This document shows positions 57,671 through 64,000 of a stretch of DNA of 64,000 bases, piece after piece (position 1 is the first letter of the stretch; each line of letters begins with the position of its first letter). The translations under genes and the position numbers were made by a program. Origin of the DNA: Limnochordia bacterium. Lineage in GTDB: Bacteria > Bacillota > Limnochordia > DUMW01. Below the pieces are notes generated by a model, which worked only from the letters and a program-made list of their open reading frames with translations, made no database searches and was not told the DNA's origin. The stretch lies in contig JALNWK010000001.1 in assembly GCA_023230925.1 (NCBI GenBank), forward strand, positions 34,781 through 98,780, given 5' to 3'.

Positions 57671-58339
57671 ATGTTTGCTACATTCAAGGCGGATATTAAA
57701 GCGGTATTTGAACGAGACCCGGCGGCAAGGAGCTTGCTTGAGGTACTTTTGTGTTACCCCGGTTTACATGCCATCTTTTGGCACCGTATCGCTCACTTCT
57801 TTTATACCAGGCGTCTTTTTCTAGTGGCTCGGATTATATCCCAGTTAACCCGGTTCTTTACAGGGATTGAGATTCATCCTGGAGCAGTTATCGGTAAAGG
57901 ATTCTTCATTGACCACGGTATGGGTGTTGTGGTTGGGGAAACAGCGGAGATCGGAGATAACGTGACCCTGTATCAGGGTGTGACCCTAGGCGGGACCGGA
58001 AAAGAGAAGGGGAAAAGGCATCCTACCATTGGTAATAACGTGATGATTTCGGCGGGAGCTAAGGTATTGGGGTCTTTTAGTGTCGGTGAAAATGCTAAAA
58101 TTGGGGCAGGGGCCGTTGTCTTAAGAGAGGTACCGCCTAACAGTACTGTTGTTGGTGTTCCCGGAAGAGTGGTCATTCAGGATGGACGGCGGGTACAAGG
58201 GGTGGACCTAGACCACGATAACCTACCGGACCCAGTGGAAAAGATGTTGCGTTGTATGCAACGGCGGATTGATAGTCTAGAGGAGAAAATTACGGAAATT
58301 GAAAAAGCGCAAAGTGGCCGAAGTGCGGACGCTTCGTAG
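57671..58339 (+). CDS. cysE: Serine O-acetyltransferase.
   Basis: SAT N-terminal domain plus hexapeptide repeats ([38 protein letters not shown]). RBS GAGGGGG upstream of ATG 57671. Confidence 0.9.
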   Translation: MFATFKADIKAVFERDPAARSLLEVLLCYPGLHAIFWHRIAHFFYTRRLFLVARIISQLTRFFTGIEIHPGAVIGKGFFIDHGMGVVVGETAEIGDNVTLYQGVTLGGTGKEKGKRHPTIGNNVMISAGAKVLGSFSVGENAKIGAGAVVLREVPPNSTVVGVPGRVVIQDGRRVQGVDLDHDNLPDPVEKMLRCMQRRIDSLEEKITEIEKAQSGRSADAS

Positions 58340-58354
58340 AGGGGAATGACTTAA

Positions 58355-59737
58355 ATGGGCCTGCGGGTCTATAATACACTTACCCGATCAAAAGAAGATT
58401 TTATGCCTCGGGATGAGGGACAGGTCAGCATATATGTTTGTGGGGTAACACCCTATGACGAGACTCATATTGGACATGCCCGTCCAAGCGTAGTCTGGGA
58501 TGTTATTCGGAAGTACCTGAGGAAAAAAGGATATAAGGTGGTTTATGTCCAAAACTTCACTGATGTGGACGATAAGATTATCGCTCGTTCCGCACAATTA
58601 GGTATATCCACCGGTGAGCTTTCCAGCAAGTATATTCAGGATTATCTAGATGCAATGGAAGCTTTAGGGGTAGCACCTGCCGATCACTACCCTAAGGTGA
58701 GTCAGCATATTGATGCGATAGTTGCAATGGTAGAGCACCTAATCGAGCAGGGCTTTGCTTATGTTGTTGATGGCGATGTATATTTCCACGTGCCAGCTTT
58801 TAGTGAATATGGCAAGCTTTCGAAGCAGCAGTTAGATGAATTAGAAAGTGGTGCCCGGATCGACGTCAGTGCAGACAAGCGGAATCCCCTGGACTTTGCC
58901 CTCTGGAAAAAATCTAGCCCGGATGAGCCTGGGTGGGACAGTCCATGGGGATATGGCCGTCCCGGATGGCACATTGAATGTTCCGCCATGTCTTTGAAAT
59001 ACCTAGGTGCTGGTTTTGATTTCCACGGTGGTGGTATGGATCTAGTTTTTCCCCATCACGAGAACGAAATCGCCCAATCCGAGTCCCATACCGGATGCAC
59101 CTTTGCTCGGTACTGGTTGCATAACGGTCTTGTAACAGTTAACGATGAGAAAATGTCCAAATCCCTAGGGAATTTCTTAACCGTATCAACGTTGTTAGCC
59201 AAGTATCATAGGGAGCTTCTCCGGTTTTACATATTATCTACGCATTACCGGAGTCCTTTGGAGTTTAACGAAGAGAAAATCGAGGAAGCAAAGAAAGGTT
59301 GGCAGCGACTCTCTGAGACCTACCAGCGGTTGGCGTCTAGGTATGGCGGCGAAGAGGCAAAGGAGCCCCTGCCTTGGGCCCAGGAAGCCTTTACCGAAGC
59401 TATGGATGATGATTTCAATACGGCCCGGGCTATGGCGGTTTGTTTTGATGTTGTGCGCTATGCTAATGGACCGGATTGTACCGAGGAAGCCGCAGCCGGA
59501 GCGTATGCCTTCCTAGCTGAAGTGGCAGAGGGAATATTAGGTGTGGTCTCAACGGACTCGCAACCTATGATTGATAGTGGCCTTTCTGCAGAATTGGTGG
59601 AGCTACTCTTGGCCGTGCGGGAGCAACTACGGCAAGAGAAGAACTGGCGCCTTTCGGATCTCATTCGTGACGAACTAGCAAAGCTAGGGATCATCGTTGA
59701 GGATACGAAAGAGGGTAGTCGATGGAAGATGAACTGA
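58355..59737 (+). CDS. cysS: Cysteine--tRNA ligase.
   Basis: HIGH-type motif (CGVTPYDETHIGHAR) and KMSKSLGN. Confidence 0.9.
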   Translation: MGLRVYNTLTRSKEDFMPRDEGQVSIYVCGVTPYDETHIGHARPSVVWDVIRKYLRKKGYKVVYVQNFTDVDDKIIARSAQLGISTGELSSKYIQDYLDAMEALGVAPADHYPKVSQHIDAIVAMVEHLIEQGFAYVVDGDVYFHVPAFSEYGKLSKQQLDELESGARIDVSADKRNPLDFALWKKSSPDEPGWDSPWGYGRPGWHIECSAMSLKYLGAGFDFHGGGMDLVFPHHENEIAQSESHTGCTFARYWLHNGLVTVNDEKMSKSLGNFLTVSTLLAKYHRELLRFYILSTHYRSPLEFNEEKIEEAKKGWQRLSETYQRLASRYGGEEAKEPLPWAQEAFTEAMDDDFNTARAMAVCFDVVRYANGPDCTEEAAAGAYAFLAEVAEGILGVVSTDSQPMIDSGLSAELVELLLAVREQLRQEKNWRLSDLIRDELAKLGIIVEDTKEGSRWKMN

Positions 59738-60129
59738 AAGAGCTTTTTCCCCAGATGAGTGTACATGAGGCCAAACAGCTGTCACCGTCGGTATTGGCCT
59801 ATGTGGGCGATGCGGTATATGAACTGTATGTGCGCAGTTGGTTAGTGGAAAAGCACCCAATGAAGATGAACCAATTGCATCGGGCCACGGTATCCAAGGT
59901 CAATGCAAGTCGCCAGGCCGACTTTCTACAGACACTCCTTTCGGGGTTAAGTGCGGAGGAAATGGAGATTGTGCGAAGGGGTCGTAATTGTAGGCAAGGT
60001 ACACTGCCGAAAAGCACTTCGCCACTGAAATATAGACAGAGTACTGGTTTGGAGGCCTTGGTTGGTTTCCTGTTTATTACCGGCCAAACGCAAAGACTGC
60101 AGCAGATCCTACAGAGTGGAGAACTATAG
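59722..60129 (+). CDS. mrnC: Mini-ribonuclease 3.
   Basis: LAYVGDAVYELYVR RNase III-like signature, 135 aa. Conserved position downstream of cysS as in Bacillus yazC. Confidence 0.8.
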   Translation: MEDELKELFPQMSVHEAKQLSPSVLAYVGDAVYELYVRSWLVEKHPMKMNQLHRATVSKVNASRQADFLQTLLSGLSAEEMEIVRRGRNCRQGTLPKSTSPLKYRQSTGLEALVGFLFITGQTQRLQQILQSGEL

Positions 60130-60136
60130 TGAATCT

Positions 60137-60928
60137 ATGCCAATTGATAGCGGCGGAAGGAAAGGGGTATCTAACCCTGTGGAAAGGTTGATTTTCGGAC
60201 GCAATCCAGTTCTAGAAGCGATCGGAGCTGGTCGGGTTATTCACAAAATTGTTCTGCCCAGACAAGCCCAGAACAGGACTAAGTCAACTGACGTCTTGCA
60301 TACAATTAAACAAAGGGCTTTGCAGGCAGGGATTCCCGTTGAGTATGTGAATACAGGTGAACTGGATGAATTAACTCAGGGTCAGAATCATCAAGGCGTC
60401 GTTGCCTTGGTGGAACCCTTCTCCTACACTGAGTTTGACCTACTGATGGAGAGTCTAGGGAAGAGTAAAGTGCCTCTTGTTATCCTACTCGATCACTGGC
60501 AGGATCCCCAGAACCTAGGCTCATTACTTCGGTCAGCTGAAGCCGCTGGTGTAGATGGCATTATTTTGCCGAAACGACGTTCGGTGGGAGTAAATGCCAC
60601 GGTGGCCAAGGTAGCCGCTGGGGCCCTAGAGTATGTGAAAATAGTACAGGTGACGAATCTTGTTCGCACAATTGAAGCGTTGAAAGAACGAGGATTATGG
60701 ATAGCTGGTGCCAGTGCCAACGCGTCCCAAGTCTATTTTCAGGCAGATTTCACGATGCCCTTAGGATTGGTAATTGGATCTGAAGGTACAGGCTTAAGTA
60801 GATTAGTGGAGGAGCACTGCGATTTTCTGACGCGCATACCCATGAAAGGTCAGATAAGTTCCTTAAATGCAGCCGTATCTGCTGCTTTACTGATTTTCGA
60901 AGTGATTCGTCAGCGGCAGTTTGGCTAG
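60137..60928 (+). CDS. rlmB: 23S rRNA (guanosine-2'-O)-methyltransferase RlmB / TrmH-family (YacO-like).
   Basis: SpoU/TrmH motifs LVILLDHWQDPQNLGSLLRSAEAAG and GSEGTGLS. Start moved to ATG 60137, just after the mrnC stop. Confidence 0.8.
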   Translation: MPIDSGGRKGVSNPVERLIFGRNPVLEAIGAGRVIHKIVLPRQAQNRTKSTDVLHTIKQRALQAGIPVEYVNTGELDELTQGQNHQGVVALVEPFSYTEFDLLMESLGKSKVPLVILLDHWQDPQNLGSLLRSAEAAGVDGIILPKRRSVGVNATVAKVAAGALEYVKIVQVTNLVRTIEALKERGLWIAGASANASQVYFQADFTMPLGLVIGSEGTGLSRLVEEHCDFLTRIPMKGQISSLNAAVSAALLIFEVIRQRQFG

Positions 60929-60958
60929 CCGGGTGGCTACCAATATCATCTGGGGGCG

Positions 60959-61615
60959 ATGGAGTTGGCATTTTACTCTAATACCTTTGTGATCGAAGAA
61001 CTAGCGGTTCTTAACGATGAACAAGTAGTGGAGCGAGCCCGTGGTGGAGATGATGTTGCACTAAACTTTCTGCTACATAAATACAGAGGATTTGTCCAAA
61101 CCAAGGCCAGGTCGTACTTCCTAATGGGAGCCGACCATGAGGATATCGTTCAAGAGGGAATGATTGGATTATACAAAGCGATCCGGGATTTCCGTGTGGA
61201 AAAGCCAGCTTCCTTCCGAGCATTTGCGGAGCTTTGCGTAACGCGGCAGATCATCACCGCTGTGAAGACAGCCAGTCGACAAAAACACACTCCTTTAAAT
61301 ACATATGTATCTTTACATAAACCGATCCACGATGAAGAATCCGAACGTACGCTACTAGATATTCTATCTAGCCAACATGTTACCGATCCCGAAGAGCTCC
61401 TGATTAGTAAGGAAGAATTTAATGATATCTGCCGACAGATGAACAAGCTTTTGAGTGATCTGGAAAAGGAAGTCCTGGTATTTTACCTTGATGGTAAATC
61501 ATACCAAGAGATTGCGGTCTTGCTGAAACGGCACGTCAAGTCTATAGATAATGCCTTACAGCGGATTAAACGCAAGGTCGAAAGGTATTTAACGGAGAGG
61601 AATATAGCGGTGTGA
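60959..61615 (+). CDS. sigH: RNA polymerase sigma factor SigH (Spo0H).
   Basis: Strong similarity to B. subtilis SigH: KARSYFLMGADHEDIVQEGMIGLYKAIRDF...FAELCVTRQIITAVKTASRQKH. Confidence 0.85.
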   Translation: MELAFYSNTFVIEELAVLNDEQVVERARGGDDVALNFLLHKYRGFVQTKARSYFLMGADHEDIVQEGMIGLYKAIRDFRVEKPASFRAFAELCVTRQIITAVKTASRQKHTPLNTYVSLHKPIHDEESERTLLDILSSQHVTDPEELLISKEEFNDICRQMNKLLSDLEKEVLVFYLDGKSYQEIAVLLKRHVKSIDNALQRIKRKVERYLTERNIAV

Positions 61616-61632
61616 CGATTCCACCCAGTTGG

Positions 61633-61656
61633 GCTCTCGGTATGACTACCGAGAGC
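61633..61656 (+). other. Perfect 10-bp hairpin downstream of sigH with no U-tract; function unknown.
   Basis: GCTCTCGGTA-tgac-TACCGAGAGC, followed by TGTCTAAGCC, which is not T-rich. Confidence 0.35.
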
Positions 61657-61835
61657 TGTCTAAGCCCGAACGCATAGGACATAGACTACGGTATTCTTCC
61701 ACACCACTAGTGAATCGATTCAGCGTTTCTTCAGTCGGAAGCCCGAAGCGACAAACGGAAAATAGTATGGACCGGCAGGAGAACTGCATTGTGATGTAGA
61801 ATTACTAGATTAGGATACGGAAGCGATTCAGAAAG

Positions 61836-62846
61836 ATGGAAGTGGATATGAGTGTAAACATTATGAAAGTAGCGAAAAGAGCAGGGGTGTCAAGAACAAC
61901 CGTTTCCAATTACCTTAACCATAAGACCGATCAGATGCGTCCAGAAACTGCAGAACGGATTGCCAAGGCTATTGCTGAACTGGATTATACCCCGAGCCCT
62001 GCTGCTAGGAATACCGTGTGGCGTTGTTCCGGCAATATTGCCGTAGTTGGGCCTGGTTCCTGGCTGCGTGGCATGACATTTGTCACGGGTACTATACTGA
62101 GCGGAGTAAATAAAGTATGTTTTGACAATGATCTAAATATTGTTCTAGGAGAGAACATAGATAAATATCGAATAGAACGGTTCTTAGATCGGAAACGAGT
62201 AGACGGCATTCTTTTTCTTTATAGTATCATTGATGATGCCGTAGTGAAACGTGTTCGTGATGCAAACATGCCTTTTGTACTTGTTAATCGGCAAGTTGAT
62301 GACCCGTTGATCAACTATGTATACGCGGATAGTCTCAAAGGTGCGTACCTTTCTACAAGGCATTTGATCGACCAGGGGTACAAGACTATTGTGTATGTCT
62401 GCTTCATGGAAGACAGCCCAGCGGACAGAGAACGTTTCAGAGGATATGTTCGGGCGATTTCAGAGGATACGCAACAGCATCCCTTGAAGATTCATCAGGA
62501 TGACTTGCGGGATTACTTACCGACATTGCGTGAACATCCTTCTCCCTATGGCTTTGTTTGTTTTAATGACCACGTGGCATTGGATGTCAAAGATACTTTG
62601 GAGAGCGTTGGCATGGTAGTGCCAGATGATGCAGGACTTGTTGGGTTTGATGATACCATCCTGGCGCAATCCTTGCGGCCAGCCTTATCAAGTGTGCAAT
62701 ACCCACTTTATGAAATGGCTGAGGAAGCCACGAAAATGCTGATTCAGCTGGTCAGAGACAGTAGTGGTGTACAGCAGACCAAACTACTTTATGATGTAAA
62801 GCTTATTGTTCGCGGCTCTTCCTTACTCAGAGCGAAAGCGGTGTAA
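61836..62846 (+). CDS. LacI-family transcriptional regulator.
   Basis: HTH MKVAKRAGVSRTTVSNYLN plus a sugar-binding core. The true start is probably the internal ATG at 61863. Confidence 0.8.
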   Translation: MEVDMSVNIMKVAKRAGVSRTTVSNYLNHKTDQMRPETAERIAKAIAELDYTPSPAARNTVWRCSGNIAVVGPGSWLRGMTFVTGTILSGVNKVCFDNDLNIVLGENIDKYRIERFLDRKRVDGILFLYSIIDDAVVKRVRDANMPFVLVNRQVDDPLINYVYADSLKGAYLSTRHLIDQGYKTIVYVCFMEDSPADRERFRGYVRAISEDTQQHPLKIHQDDLRDYLPTLREHPSPYGFVCFNDHVALDVKDTLESVGMVVPDDAGLVGFDDTILAQSLRPALSSVQYPLYEMAEEATKMLIQLVRDSSGVQQTKLLYDVKLIVRGSSLLRAKAV

Positions 62847-63163
62847 CGCACTATACAATATACTATGCAAAACAGACCATGGAAGTAGCCTAGTGCAATT
62901 ACGATGCAAGGAGTCATTTGTAGATTAAAAGGCAAGATTATCCAATAATTGCATCTAAGACGAGATTTTGGATGAAAGGAGGCCGATAGAACAGTTCGTT
63001 CAGGAGATGGTTGCTTTGCCAACTTATCGGTTGTGATTAGCATCCCACAAGGCAGATTGGTGAGAAATTCAGATTAGTTGATTCAGAGGAAATGCACATA
63101 GCGATGGGTTAACTGAATACTGGCAGTCTAAGTGAATTTCAAAATCCATTTTGGAGGTGGCGA

Positions 63164-64000
63164 GTTGAGTACTACATTTCAAAGAATTATTAGGTGTTCT
63201 TGGTTCGTCGTAGTGGGAATAATGGTTTTATGCACATCGCTAATAGTCCGGGCAGATAGCGATACGATTACCCTCGAAGTCATCTTGAACAGTTGGCAAC
63301 AAGAGATAATCGATGTAATTAAAGCTGGCATTTCACGTTTCGAAGAGGCCAATCCTGGTATTAATGTGGAAGTGCGTCAGCGAGGGACCTGGGATGATGT
63401 GGTCGTGCGGATAGTAAGCGGAGTAGCGCCAGATATACTAAGCGTGGATGCTGTAAGGACTGCAGAAATGGCGCAAAGCGGAGTGCTCATGGAACTAGAT
63501 GACTTAATTGCACAGTTCCAACTAGAACCAAAGATACTGCCCGCGATGTGGGACAATGCGAAAATGAATGGCCGGACCTATTCGGTTCCTGCCCTTGAGT
63601 CTGGCCCACGGGCTGGTATGCTGTGGAACAAAGATATGGTTAATGAGGCTGGCTTGGCGGTCAATCCAGATGAGGCACTGACCTGGCCTGAGTTTCTTGA
63701 CTATGCGGATAAACTAACACGTATTAATGCAGATGGAAGTGTTGAACGGATCGGATTTGATCCACGCAATGGTCAGAATACAAGCCTGAATAATATCGAG
63801 CCTTTGTGGAATGCAATGTGGCTGAACCATGATACGCATCTTCCGCAACTCGACAGTCCGGAATTTGTCCAAGGATTTGAACTCCTTACAGAACGTGTGT
63901 ATCAGAAATATCCGGCGTTTGGCGGAAGCGACGGGTGGTACGTGATTTCCACCCAAAAAGTTGCCACTACTATGCTTGGTTCTTATGCTCCTCGCACAAT
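63164..64000 (+). CDS. Extracellular solute-binding protein of a carbohydrate ABC transporter. The 3' end lies beyond the window.
   Basis: TTG start with GGAGGTG 5 nt upstream. Signal/anchor, then SBP_bac_1-like sequence (WNDVVVRIVSGVAPDIL...AKMNGRTYSVP). The frame is open to the window end. Confidence 0.7.

Noticed and set aside
1-64000. Prophage, IS element, integron or CRISPR content.
   Set aside because: No integrase, transposase, terminal inverted repeats or regularly spaced direct repeats were found. Gene content is metabolic and housekeeping throughout.

Overview
The 64 kb window reads as a chromosomal region of a sporulating Firmicute (sigH present), about 50% GC, with dense coding on both strands. 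I saw no rRNA, tRNA, CRISPR array or obvious mobile element. Gene order, left to right:
- znuC (5' end missing), znuB and zur, a metal-uptake operon.
- A minus-strand operon of a diacylglycerol-kinase-family protein, an AIM24/TIGR00266 protein and a Gfo/Idh/MocA oxidoreductase.
- manA, convergent with a citrate synthase.
- A nitroreductase and a second Gfo/Idh/MocA oxidoreductase.
- A frameshifted patatin-like phospholipase pseudogene.
- A MacB-type ABC ATPase with an FtsX-type permease, followed by a MurNAc recycling set (namZ, murK-like kinase, murQ) and a convergent SGNH hydrolase.
- A small four-CxxC zinc-ribbon gene with a near-consensus promoter, then glpX.
- A roughly 1000-aa glycoside hydrolase and a small pyruvate-kinase alpha/beta-like protein.
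- An unusual five-gene block at 24.6-33.1 kb: an NHL-propeller/TPR/Yip1-like membrane protein, a roughly 720-aa anchored extracellular protein, two MalF/MalG-type ABC importer permeases with no binding protein or ATPase, and a DUF4340-like protein, closed by strong terminators.
- A fused PurS-PurS-PurL FGAM-synthase-like gene with a PurQ-like glutaminase, standing alone outside any pur operon.
- gpsA, and a CoA-disulfide-reductase-like flavoprotein with a rhodanese domain.
- A lctABCD-like cluster: GntR regulator, EtfB, ferredoxin-domain EtfA and a FAD lactate dehydrogenase.
- A translationally coupled pair of a circularly-permuted ATP-grasp-like protein and a KamA-family radical SAM aminomutase.
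- A LacI regulator, a sugar-binding protein fused to a CBM6-like domain, and a GH76 mannanase.
- Two divergent uncharacterised envelope proteins.
- larC, a COG1067 Lon-like protease and an orphan ParA.
- The conserved cysE-cysS-mrnC-rlmB-sigH block, after which synteny breaks into a LacI regulator and a partial sugar-binding protein.

The most promising undescribed candidates are the 24.6-33.1 kb envelope/ABC block, the ATP-grasp plus KamA pair, and the PurS-PurS-PurL fusion. All calls come from reading the sequence and the supplied ORF translations by eye; no searches were run.
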